64,000 bases of DNA, from positions 1,708,685 through 1,772,684 of the forward strand of contig JBFWNU010000001.1 in NCBI GenBank assembly GCA_050250895.1, written 5' to 3'. A model generated the notes under the pieces. It was not told the origin of the DNA and searched no databases. It saw only the letters and a list, made by a program, of their open reading frames with translations. Position numbers and translations under genes: made by a program. Within the stretch, counting starts at the first letter, position 1. The number at the start of each line of letters is the position of its first letter. Source of the DNA: Vulcanimicrobiota bacterium (GTDB lineage Bacteria > Vulcanimicrobiota > Xenobia > Xenobiales > JADMJV01). Positions 9,575-18,292 of the stretch are shown one piece after another.

Positions 9575-10980
9575 AGCGTCAACCCTACGATCAGAAACCC
9601 TACCAGCGCGAGGCCGCCGGCGATCAACGCGTAAGGCATTTGAGTGCGCACATGGTCGATGTGGTCGGTGGCAGCGGCCATCGAGGCCATGATGGTCGTG
9701 TCGCTGATGGGCGAGGCGTGGTCGCCGAAGATTCCCCCCGAGAGCGAGGCCGCCACGAAGGGAGCCAACGGCAGCCCCATGGCCGAGGCGGCGGGTACGG
9801 CAACCGGCAGCATGATGGCGAAGGTACCCCAGCTGGTGCCGGTGGAGAAAGCGATGGCCGAGGCCACTAGAAAGACCACTGGCAAAAACACGGCCGGGCT
9901 CAGCGAGTTGGCGGCGATGCCGGCCACGAAAGCACCCGTGCCCAGGTCCCGGGTCATTTTGCCGAGAGCCAGGGCCAGCAGGATGATGAGGGCCATCGGC
10001 ATCATGCCCTGAGCCCCTCTGAGGGCGGTGCGCGACAGCTCGTCCAGATTGGCTACCCTCTGGCTCAGCAGTAGCAGCCAGGCCATGGCCAGCCCGGCCA
10101 GCACGGCCCACAGGACCGAGGTCGAGCCGGACCCCTCGCGAAAGTCGCCGCCGCCGGTGAGGTAGAGTCCAGCCGGCATCATCACGATCATCACCAGCAT
10201 CGGCAGTAGCATGTTGATGGCCCGGGGACGGTTGCCCTCGGGCATCGGCACGAACATGGTCTCGTCCATCATGGGTTGGGCGCCCGGCCAGAGCACCTCG
10301 CCGTTCTGAGTTCTCTCTTCGGCTTTGCCCATCGGTCCCAGATTGAGCGAAGTCACGGCCGTGACCAGGGCCAGGCCGGTGGCGGTGAGGGCGTAGAAGT
10401 TGAGGGGGATGGTCTGAAGAAACAGCTGCAGCGGGTTTTCCACCCCGAGCGTGGCGAGAATCCCGATATTGTAAGCGCCCCAGGCGTTGAGGGGGATGAT
10501 CATGCAAACCGGGGCCGCCGTCGAGTCGATCAGATAGGCCAACCGCTCCCGTGAGATCTTGAACCGATCGAACAAGGGGCGAGCCAACGCGCCAGCCACC
10601 AGGATGGTGATGTTGGACTCGATGAAGATCAGCACTCCGGTCAGCCAGACCAAAAGCTGGGCCCGGCGCGGCGAGGTCATCCAGCCGCTGTTGTCGATCC
10701 AGTTGATGAAGCCTTTGACCCCCCCGCACGATTCGACCGTGCCGATCAAAGCGCCGATGACGAAGGTGAAGAGCACCACCCGGGCGTTGTCGCCGTCTTC
10801 GAGCACCTTCACGATGAGCTCGATGGCCACCTGGGCGCCGACCAGGGGGTGGCCACCGCTGAGAATGCAGCCTCCCAGCCAGATACCGGCTCCCAGGGCC
10901 ACGAAGACCTGGCGAGTCCAGACGGCCAAAACGATGGCCAGCAGGGGCGGAAGAAGTGAGGTCCAATTGGGATCTGCCAT
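9571..10980 (-). CDS. Na+/H+ antiporter NhaC family transporter
   Basis: SLLPPLLAI, IDSTAAP, FSTGTSWGTF, GDHASPISDTT and HIDHVRTQMPYA motifs. Confidence 0.9.
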   Translation of the reverse strand: MADPNWTSLLPPLLAIVLAVWTRQVFVALGAGIWLGGCILSGGHPLVGAQVAIELIVKVLEDGDNARVVLFTFVIGALIGTVESCGGVKGFINWIDNSGWMTSPRRAQLLVWLTGVLIFIESNITILVAGALARPLFDRFKISRERLAYLIDSTAAPVCMIIPLNAWGAYNIGILATLGVENPLQLFLQTIPLNFYALTATGLALVTAVTSLNLGPMGKAEERTQNGEVLWPGAQPMMDETMFVPMPEGNRPRAINMLLPMLVMIVMMPAGLYLTGGGDFREGSGSTSVLWAVLAGLAMAWLLLLSQRVANLDELSRTALRGAQGMMPMALIILLALALGKMTRDLGTGAFVAGIAANSLSPAVFLPVVFLVASAIAFSTGTSWGTFAIMLPVAVPAASAMGLPLAPFVAASLSGGIFGDHASPISDTTIMASMAAATDHIDHVRTQMPYALIAGGLALVGFLIVGLTL

Positions 10981-11115
10981 AGTGGTTTACAAACTCTTAA
11001 CAGTATGGTAATATCGACGAGCAAACCAGATGGTTGGTATGCGTGTGAAGGTTAGAAGAAAGAGCGCTCCGGCGCTCTCTGTTTTTTGTACGGAGTTGTT
11101 TTCCCTGCGGAAATG

Positions 11116-11138
11116 AAAAAGAGCCCTTGCGGGCTCTT
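11116..11138 (-). terminator. Rho-independent terminator
   Basis: AAGAGCCC-TTGC-GGGCTCTT hairpin with T-run on the minus strand, downstream of 11161-11604. Confidence 0.7.
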
Positions 11139-11160
11139 CGGCTGCCAGTGGGGTCAGGAC

Positions 11161-11604
11161 TCAGGCGACTTTGCCGGCCACTTCACCGTCGAGGCGACGC
11201 AACATCCCTTCCGAGTTGGGCAGGCTGATGAAGGCATGCTCGGTGCGAGCGCCCTCCCAGATGGTTTCGACCTTATTCTCGATAATCTCTTTGGTCTCCA
11301 TACAGAAGACGATCTGTTGGGTCTGGCCCTTGTTGGGACAGAAGGTTCTCAGCACCACCTGGCGGTCGTTGCGGTTGACCAAAAGCTCCTGGCGCATGCC
11401 ATGATTGCCGCCCAGGGTATAGAGCAAGGCGCGAGAGACGGTGTTGGCCTGATACTGCCAGCCGTCGCGCAGCATCTGAGCGGGCTTTTTCAGATAGCGG
11501 GTGAACCGCGGCGATTTGAGGTTGGTGATGGCGGTCAGCAGGCCCGCTGAGCGAACACCTTTGACCATCGTAGGAACTACGGCTGTTGAATACTTCGATT
11601 TCAT
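11161..11604 (-). CDS. Hypothetical protein
   Basis: 147-aa ORF with AAGGGG RBS and its own terminator. Confidence 0.6.
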   Translation of the reverse strand: MKSKYSTAVVPTMVKGVRSAGLLTAITNLKSPRFTRYLKKPAQMLRDGWQYQANTVSRALLYTLGGNHGMRQELLVNRNDRQVVLRTFCPNKGQTQQIVFCMETKEIIENKVETIWEGARTEHAFISLPNSEGMLRRLDGEVAGKVA

Positions 11605-11769
11605 TTGACTGGCACCCCTTAAGCTGATACTGGTCTGATGGGTTCCTGCTTCCCACCTTACCCTCTCATCTTAGACCCGAGTGCTCGCCGCAGTATTGCC
11701 TGGCGCGTGGAAATGTTAACGCCAGCTAAAAAGCATGTTAAAAAACCGTGAACAAATGAACTAATTTCG

Positions 11770-13686
11770 CTACTCGCGAGTCAGATAGGTGTAGCCCCGA
11801 AGGCAGGTTTCGTAGTTCTCTATCAGGGTTTGCGCCTGATCCAGGGTGATCGTTCCCTTGCCGGCGGCCTCTTCTGTCTTCTGGCGCACGTTCTCGACCA
11901 GGTCGGCCGGGTTGTACTGCACCCAGGTGAGGACCTCGGACATCTTGTCGCCGCGCACCACGTGCTCTACTTGATAGCCGCCATGGGGACCTAGCTGGAT
12001 GTGGACGGCGTTGGTATCGCCGAACAGGTTGTGCATGTTGCCCATGATCTCTTGATAGGCACCGCCCAGAAAAAGCCCCATGATATAGGGCTCGTCGGGA
12101 TGCAAGCTGTGAACCTCGAGCACGGGCTTGGTATCTTCGGTGCGGGCGATAAAGCGGTCGAGACGGCCGTCGCTGTCGCAGGTGAGGTCGGCCAGGGTGG
12201 CGCGCTCGGTGGGTTCTTCATCCAGACGGTGGATGGGCAAGATGGGAAAGAGTTGCTCGATAGCCCAGCAGTCAGGGGCCGAGCGAAAGACCGAAATGTT
12301 GGCATAGTAGGTCGAGGCCAGGATGGTCTCGAGGGCGTGCAGATCGTCGGGCACATAATCTTGCTCGCGAGCCACCTCGAGGATCTTGCGGCAGCAGGCC
12401 CAGTAGAGACGCTCGGCCTGAGCCCGCTCGGGCAGGGTCAGATAGCCGAAGTTGAACAGGCTGACCGCTTCGCCCTTGAACTGGTTGGCGTCATGATAGG
12501 CCTCTTGATAGTTGTGTTCTTTGATGGTGTTAAGGGTCTCGTAGAGGTTGCGAATCACGAGGTGCGAGTCGGGCTCAGGGGGTTGCGGGTTGGTGCGCGG
12601 CACCTCGCTGGCCCCGAGGATGTCGAAGATCAGCACCGACTGGTGCGAAGCCAGGGCGCGGCCCGATTCGGAGATCAGGGTCGGCACGGCCACTCCCTTT
12701 TCCTTACAGGCATCCTTGATGGCTGCCACCACGTCGTTGGCATAGTTCTGCATGTTGTAGTTCTTGGAGGCGTAGAAGTTGGTCTTGGAGCCGTCGTAGT
12801 CCACGGCTAGACCGCCGCCCACATCGAGAAAGCCCATAGGAGCCCCCATCCGCACCAGCTGGACGTAGATCTGGCCGGCCTCGCGCAGGGCGTCTTTAAT
12901 AACGTTGATGGACGAAATCTGGGAGCCGATATGAAAGTGCAACAGCTCGAGGCTGGCCAGCATGTCGGCTGCCCGCAGGCGCTCGACGGTCTCGACGATT
13001 TCGCTGATGGAAAGGCCGAACTTGGCCCGGTCGCCGGTGGAAATGCCCCAGCGCCCTTCGCCTTTGGTCATCAATTTGGCCCGGACGCCGAGATGAGGCT
13101 TGAGGCCCAGCTTGCGCGAGGTGGCGATGACGATGTCGACCTCACCGAGCTGCTCGAGCACGATGATGGGGTGTTGGCCGAGACGCTGGGCCAGCATGGC
13201 CGTCTCCATGTAGCTCTGGTCTTTGTAGCCGTTGCAGATCAGCAGGTCGCCGTCAGTGCCCAGTTTGGCCAAAGCGATCAGCAATTCGGGCTTGGAGCCG
13301 GCCTCGAGGCCGAAGTCGAACTGGCGACCATACTTCACCATGGCGTCGACCAGATGGCGTTGCTGGTTGCACTTGACCGGAAAGACGCCGCGATAGACGC
13401 CCTGGTAACCGTAGCGCGTGATGGCCTTGGCGAAAGCCGCCTGGAGCCGGCTGAGGCGGTCCTCGAGAATGGCCGGAAAGCGAATGATCAGAGGCAGCTC
13501 GAGCTTGCGCTGGCGCAGGGCAGCCACCAACTCATACAGGTCGAGCGAGCCGCCCCGATCGCCCTGGGGCGAGACGGTGATATGACCAGCCGCGTTGATG
13601 CTGAAGTAGGGATCGGCCCAGCCGTCAAGCTGGTAGAGCTGTTCTGAATCGTCGATGGTCCATTCCAGGGCCTGAGCGGTGTCCAT
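11770..13686 (-). CDS. speA: Biosynthetic arginine decarboxylase
   Basis: FPVKCNQ (PLP lysine), LEAGSKPEL, HFHIGSQ, DVGGGL, ESGRA, TCDSDG, GAYQEIMGNMHNLFG. Confidence 0.95.
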   Translation of the reverse strand: MDTAQALEWTIDDSEQLYQLDGWADPYFSINAAGHITVSPQGDRGGSLDLYELVAALRQRKLELPLIIRFPAILEDRLSRLQAAFAKAITRYGYQGVYRGVFPVKCNQQRHLVDAMVKYGRQFDFGLEAGSKPELLIALAKLGTDGDLLICNGYKDQSYMETAMLAQRLGQHPIIVLEQLGEVDIVIATSRKLGLKPHLGVRAKLMTKGEGRWGISTGDRAKFGLSISEIVETVERLRAADMLASLELLHFHIGSQISSINVIKDALREAGQIYVQLVRMGAPMGFLDVGGGLAVDYDGSKTNFYASKNYNMQNYANDVVAAIKDACKEKGVAVPTLISESGRALASHQSVLIFDILGASEVPRTNPQPPEPDSHLVIRNLYETLNTIKEHNYQEAYHDANQFKGEAVSLFNFGYLTLPERAQAERLYWACCRKILEVAREQDYVPDDLHALETILASTYYANISVFRSAPDCWAIEQLFPILPIHRLDEEPTERATLADLTCDSDGRLDRFIARTEDTKPVLEVHSLHPDEPYIMGLFLGGAYQEIMGNMHNLFGDTNAVHIQLGPHGGYQVEHVVRGDKMSEVLTWVQYNPADLVENVRQKTEEAAGKGTITLDQAQTLIENYETCLRGYTYLTRE

Positions 13687-13751
13687 GGCGCGCTGCTTCT
13701 AACCGGCCGGGTGCCACACCTCCAGGGCCTGTCAGGCAGCCTGACAGGCTC

Positions 13752-14222
13752 TTAGTGGGATTTGCTCAGGTCGCCAGGGCGAAACGAGGCCTCGAAGGCC
13801 CTGGCCACCGGATTGTATGTTTTGGCCAGCGGCTCGGGATATTGAAACCAGAGCGTGTCCATCGAGCCCGGGCCGACGAAGGTCTTACGATAGTGGATGG
13901 TGCCTTCGTACTTCCACGAAACCACAAACCACTTCTTGCCGGTGGCCTGATAGGACGGCTTGCCCGGGAGTTCTTGCAGGGCGCGCTGGTGAGCTTGCTT
14001 GAGGGTCAGGTTTTCGAGGTTGTTGGAGCCGTAGAGCCGAGCCTGAGCCCGCCCGTCGCTCGAAGTCAGGATGCAACCGTCGCCATTGGCCGGCTCTTCG
14101 CCCCGAGAAAAGCCTTGAGGTATCTTCACCGAAAAGCCGAAGCGGGCGTTGTGATACTTCGTCTCGGCGGCCACCGCCAGGCTCAGCAAGGCCAGCAAGA
14201 GCAGAGTGGTCAGCCTGTTCAA
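13752..14222 (-). CDS. Secreted hypothetical protein
   Basis: Signal peptide; YHNARFGFSVKIP...EPANGDG. Confidence 0.7.
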   Translation of the reverse strand: MNRLTTLLLLALLSLAVAAETKYHNARFGFSVKIPQGFSRGEEPANGDGCILTSSDGRAQARLYGSNNLENLTLKQAHQRALQELPGKPSYQATGKKWFVVSWKYEGTIHYRKTFVGPGSMDTLWFQYPEPLAKTYNPVARAFEASFRPGDLSKSH

Positions 14223-15187
14223 GACTCCTCCAGCCAGAGCTCGTCTTTGAGCTCGGTCGCATCGACCTGCTCGAAGGTCGCGCCACCAAAGCGGTTGAGC
14301 AGGCCGCGAACCTTCTCGTAGAGAGGCTTGAGTTTGACCGAGCGCACCTGATAGGTGCCCTGCAACTGCTTGACCACCAGCTCGCGAGCCGAGCGAATTC
14401 TTAGCTGAAAGCCCGAACTGTCACGGCCGGCGGCCTCGATGCGTTCGAGCAGATCCCCCAGGGCCATTTTCAAGGTGAGGTACTCGGCGGCGTCAGGGTG
14501 ACCGCCGGAGGAGCCCAGTTCGCCCACGCTGCTGCGGCCGGTGCGAGTCTTGAGCAGATAGCGGCCCTTGCTCATAGAGAGCTCGTAGTCGGCTTCGGGC
14601 TTGACCTCGGCGGCGGCCAGGGGTTGTCCCAGGGCGGCCGCTTTGGCCAGCCGGTCGGCCTCTTCATTGAGTTCAGTGCCAGCGTGACCCTTGGTCCAGC
14701 GCAACTCGACGTTGCTCAGTCCGGCCCGCCGCAAACGCGACTCTACGCCGTCATAGACGCTCCAGAGATCGCGATTCTTATGGCGTTTGAAGGCCCCGGT
14801 GGCGCACTTGATCACGTACTGGCTATCGCACCAGACCACCACCTGTTTGGCCCTGGCGCCGTGCTCATCGACCAGTTGCCGCAAGGCCTCGAGAGTGGCC
14901 AATACGCCGGCGATCTCGGCCCGGTTGTTGCTGGTGGGCGGCTCTTGCAGGCGAGCCGGGATATGGCCGGCCAGATCCAGTCGATTCTTGCGCTTGGCAT
15001 CACACAGGATCGAGGCAAAACCGGTCACTCCGCCGGGATTTTGCTCGGGGGCCGAGCCGTCGGTGTAGACGATCAAGCTGTCGAAGCCGGCCAGGGCTTG
15101 CCAGGCATCGCCTTGTTCGGTGCGGCTGGTGCGAATGGTCTCGAGAACCGAGAGCCATTCGGGTGGGCGAGTCGCGGTGGTGGACAC
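14219..15187 (-). CDS. rnhA: Ribonuclease HI with a second, degenerate RNase H-like domain
   Basis: YTDGS, NNRAE, CDSQY, WTKGHAG..NEEAD catalytic set; C-terminal AAEY..L..ELVVKQLQGTYQV. Confidence 0.8.
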   Translation of the reverse strand: MSTTATRPPEWLSVLETIRTSRTEQGDAWQALAGFDSLIVYTDGSAPEQNPGGVTGFASILCDAKRKNRLDLAGHIPARLQEPPTSNNRAEIAGVLATLEALRQLVDEHGARAKQVVVWCDSQYVIKCATGAFKRHKNRDLWSVYDGVESRLRRAGLSNVELRWTKGHAGTELNEEADRLAKAAALGQPLAAAEVKPEADYELSMSKGRYLLKTRTGRSSVGELGSSGGHPDAAEYLTLKMALGDLLERIEAAGRDSSGFQLRIRSARELVVKQLQGTYQVRSVKLKPLYEKVRGLLNRFGGATFEQVDATELKDELWLEES

Positions 15188-15255
15188 GTTGGCGTCTTCT
15201 GGGCTCAGCCGGGAAACCCTTGCCCTTTCTTTTGTTGATGTGTAATATTGGCAGC

Positions 15256-15843
15256 ATGATTCCGCAGCGTCAGATCCGAGCTGACTACGATAGGGACACC
15301 ATCGTCGTTTACCAGGCCTACCGTCCGGCCATCGCCGAGGCTGCCCTGGCCGCGGGTCGCTTCGTGGCTCCGTTCTCTTTTTGCCGGATGACCTGGATCA
15401 AGCCCTCGTTTCTCTGGATGATGGAGCGTTGCGGCTATGCCAGCAAGGCAGGGCAGACACGAGTACTGGCCGTGCGCATCACTCGAACCGGCTGGGAGAA
15501 GGCTCTGGCCGCGGCGGTCCTGACCCACCCCGGCCCAGGTCGATCGGCCGACCAGTGGCGTCAACAGCTCGAGCAGGCCCCAATTCGCGTCCAGTGGGAC
15601 CCTGAACGTTCTCTGCGCGGAGCTAAGCTCAACCATCGCTCCATCCAGGTGGGGATCGGTCGTCAGCTGAGTCAGGAATACGCCAACCATTGGACCGTGT
15701 CCATCGAAGATCGGACGCCGCTGACCCAGAAGTTGCGCCAGTTGCGGTTAGAGGGTCGCTGGGAGGCGGCTCGCCAGTTGCTGCCTAAAGAGCGACCCTA
15801 TCCGATTGACGAGGCCGTGGCTCAGCGCCTGGAGATGTTTTAA
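15256..15843 (+). CDS. DUF4291 family protein
   Basis: QIRADYD..TIVVYQAY, RMTWIKPSFLWMM.RCGY, RVQWDPER. Confidence 0.85.
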   Translation: MIPQRQIRADYDRDTIVVYQAYRPAIAEAALAAGRFVAPFSFCRMTWIKPSFLWMMERCGYASKAGQTRVLAVRITRTGWEKALAAAVLTHPGPGRSADQWRQQLEQAPIRVQWDPERSLRGAKLNHRSIQVGIGRQLSQEYANHWTVSIEDRTPLTQKLRQLRLEGRWEAARQLLPKERPYPIDEAVAQRLEMF

Positions 15844-15900
15844 CAACCGGGCCGGCTGCATCCAAAGTCCATTCCAAAGCGCTCCTACTAAAGTCGGGAT

Positions 15901-16224
15901 ATGAGAGTAGTGCGCAGATTAGGAAATGACACCTCGGTCACCGTTGCCCCACCGGGTAGTCACACCCTGGAAGGGGCTATCTATCACGAAGTTCGCCGGC
16001 AAAGGCTGAAGCGGCGCTTTGCCCTGCTGAATGCCAGTTGGGCCGAAGTCGATAGCGATGACGAGTTGGCCCGTCGGGTCTTGCGGACGCAAGGGGAGAG
16101 CCCCTGGTCGGACAATGCCAACAGTGATGGACGACAGGCGGCGTGGGGTGCGGCTGGCTTGCCAGCGCGACATCTCGGTGGACATGGGCCTGGCCCGGTT
16201 CGAGGCCAGAGCCCTCGACTTTAG
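15901..16224 (+). CDS. Possible small hypothetical protein
   Basis: Fills the gap before the PilZ gene but overlaps it by ~110 nt; uncertain. Confidence 0.3.
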   Translation: MRVVRRLGNDTSVTVAPPGSHTLEGAIYHEVRRQRLKRRFALLNASWAEVDSDDELARRVLRTQGESPWSDNANSDGRQAAWGAAGLPARHLGGHGPGPVRGQSPRL

Positions 16225-16804
16225 CTGGGGGGGTGTCCTGCTCGCGAGCGAGCGGGCCTTAGCTCCCGGCTCGACCATTCGCCTCGAGCTGGTCGCCGAC
16301 CGCCGTCACCTGCCCGCCTCGGCCTGGGCTGAAGTTCGCTGGTGCGTTCCGACCGAGGGGGCTTTCCTGGTGGGCTGCCAGCTTTACGACAGCACGCAGT
16401 ATCCCATGGACGACCTGGTGCGTAGCCTGCTGGTCGAGCAAGAGCTGCCCGGCCGGCGTAGCGACTATCGCTTCCGCACCCGTCTGCCGGCCCGCTTCGG
16501 CCTGGGCGGCGCGAGCCGCACTGGCATGGTCATGGACCTGTCTGCGGGCGGTCTGAGGCTGCTCACGACGCCGCCCCTGGCGGTGGGCCAGAAGCTGCGG
16601 CTGAGCATCTCGGCGCCCGGGGACCTATCGCGCATTCTGCTGGCTTGCGAGGTGTTGTCGGTGGACGCGAACTTGCACAGCCTGCGAATCACCAGCCTGT
16701 CGGCCGGCGATCTGCGCTTGCTCAGTTTCTATCTGTTGGAACTCTTGCGCAAAGCCCGGCCGGTTCAGCGGCTGGCGGCCAGCATCGCACCGTCACCCAG
16801 ATAA
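16115..16804 (+). CDS. Tandem PilZ-domain protein (c-di-GMP receptor)
   Basis: Two RxxxR...DxSxxG motifs (RRRGVR..DFSWGG; RRSDYR..DLSAGG). Confidence 0.8.
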   Translation: MPTVMDDRRRGVRLACQRDISVDMGLARFEARALDFSWGGVLLASERALAPGSTIRLELVADRRHLPASAWAEVRWCVPTEGAFLVGCQLYDSTQYPMDDLVRSLLVEQELPGRRSDYRFRTRLPARFGLGGASRTGMVMDLSAGGLRLLTTPPLAVGQKLRLSISAPGDLSRILLACEVLSVDANLHSLRITSLSAGDLRLLSFYLLELLRKARPVQRLAASIAPSPR

Positions 16805-17052
16805 GCGACATTCTGCCAGGGAACGAACTGCCGAGGAACCTGGGCATCCTGGGCCACTCCGACCACCAGACCGAACTCGTCGAGATGCAGGATCTCGCCT
16901 TCAGAGTCGGGTTTGTAGCCATAGTTGCTGATAGGGGCGATGGTGGCCAGACGCACCCAGGCCGGGCACTCTTCGACATGCAGCCGGGCCGCGATGGCTT
17001 TAGAAACGCCGTTCTTGGGATCAACCTTCAGTAGATAGAGTAGTTCTTCCAA
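16765..17052 (-). CDS. Small accessory protein of the radical SAM cluster (candidate PlpY-like partner)
   Basis: GAGGAGG RBS then TTG 13 nt after the rSAM stop; 95 aa MEELLYLLKVDPKNG...PRQFVPWQNVAYL. Confidence 0.7.
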   Translation of the reverse strand: MEELLYLLKVDPKNGVSKAIAARLHVEECPAWVRLATIAPISNYGYKPDSEGEILHLDEFGLVVGVAQDAQVPRQFVPWQNVAYLGDGAMLAASR

Positions 17053-17065
17053 CCTCTTGTCCTCC

Positions 17066-18292
17066 TCAATTGGATGGCCAGTCGGAGGGCCAGTCGACCT
17101 TCTCGAGGCTAAAGCGCATCTCGTCGTCAGCCGGCCATTCGGCCTCGAGCGGCTCGACCACGAGATCGAACTCGCCGTTGTCAAAGGGCACCCCCGGAGC
17201 CTGGTGTTTTACGAAAAATCTCTCGCGAAGCCCTCTTTCGGCCTGGACCAGCGCCCGATGATGACAATACGGGTTGTTGCCCCGGCGGTCGAAGAAGACA
17301 TGCGAGGTCCACGAGCAACCCCCTCGGCACAGCTCGGCGTGATCGCACTCGCGGCAGAATCCCCACAGGTGACTGGTGCCGGCCGGCGTGCCGGCCCCCT
17401 GGTTGAAGTTCAGCTCGGGCGTGCGCCGGATGATGTCAGAGAGCTTTCGCTGGCGAATGTTACCCCCGGTATAGGCCGAGGTCGGTAGAGAGGGGCAGCC
17501 TTTGATAGCTCCGTCGGCCTCGATGCCCAGGGTGTAAAGGCCGGCCTGGCAACCCATCCACAGGCCGCCGCCGCCGGCGCTACGCAGAATGCGCTCGAAG
17601 GGACCGTAGTAGCCGATGTTGTTACCGGGCAAAACCAGCACTCCCTCGCGATTGGCTCGGGTCACCACTCGGGCCAGCATGGGATAGAGATGGAGCAGCT
17701 CGTAAGGCTGCAACAGAATGTGATGGTTGTCGGCAGCGTTGCCCATGGGCACGGTCAGTTGGATCTGCCAGGCGGTGGCCCCGGCCTGTTGGATCTGTCG
17801 ATAGAGCCGGGGCAATTCGGGAGCCGACAGCCGGTTGAGCTGAGTATTGCAGCCAAAGGGCAGACCCACGGTCCGAAAGTGCTCCATGGTGCGAAAGCAC
17901 ATTGCCCACGACCCCTCACGACCGCGCAGGTGGTCATGAGTGGCCTCGAGGCCGTCGACCGAGACCGAGACCCGGGCGATGCCGGCCTCGACCATCTTTT
18001 CCGCGGTGCCCCGCGAGATGCCGAAGCCTCCGGTGGTCATGGTGGCCACCATGCCGTGGTCGTTGATGGCCCGAGCGATCTCGAGCCAATCGCGACGCAA
18101 GAAAGCCTCGCCCCCGATCAGGCTGACCTCGCCGATGCCGGCCTCGGCCATCTGGCGCACCAGATCCAGGGCCTCGGCGGTGGAGAGTTCGTCTTGACGG
18201 GCTTCGCCAGCCCGCGAGCCGCAGTGGCTACAGGCCAGGTTGCATTTGAGGGTGATTTCCCAAACGGCGTAGCTGGTGCGGCGATAGCTCAA
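17066..18292 (-). CDS. Radical SAM/SPASM peptide maturase, splicease (PlpX / nif11-class maturase 3)-like
   Basis: YAVWEITLKCNLACSHCGSRAG (CxxxCxxC), GGEAFLR; SPASM GCQAG..GIEADGAIKGCPSL..FCRECDHAELCRGGC..NPYC; TTG start overlaps the precursor stop. Confidence 0.9.
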   Translation of the reverse strand: MSYRRTSYAVWEITLKCNLACSHCGSRAGEARQDELSTAEALDLVRQMAEAGIGEVSLIGGEAFLRRDWLEIARAINDHGMVATMTTGGFGISRGTAEKMVEAGIARVSVSVDGLEATHDHLRGREGSWAMCFRTMEHFRTVGLPFGCNTQLNRLSAPELPRLYRQIQQAGATAWQIQLTVPMGNAADNHHILLQPYELLHLYPMLARVVTRANREGVLVLPGNNIGYYGPFERILRSAGGGGLWMGCQAGLYTLGIEADGAIKGCPSLPTSAYTGGNIRQRKLSDIIRRTPELNFNQGAGTPAGTSHLWGFCRECDHAELCRGGCSWTSHVFFDRRGNNPYCHHRALVQAERGLRERFFVKHQAPGVPFDNGEFDLVVEPLEAEWPADDEMRFSLEKVDWPSDWPSN

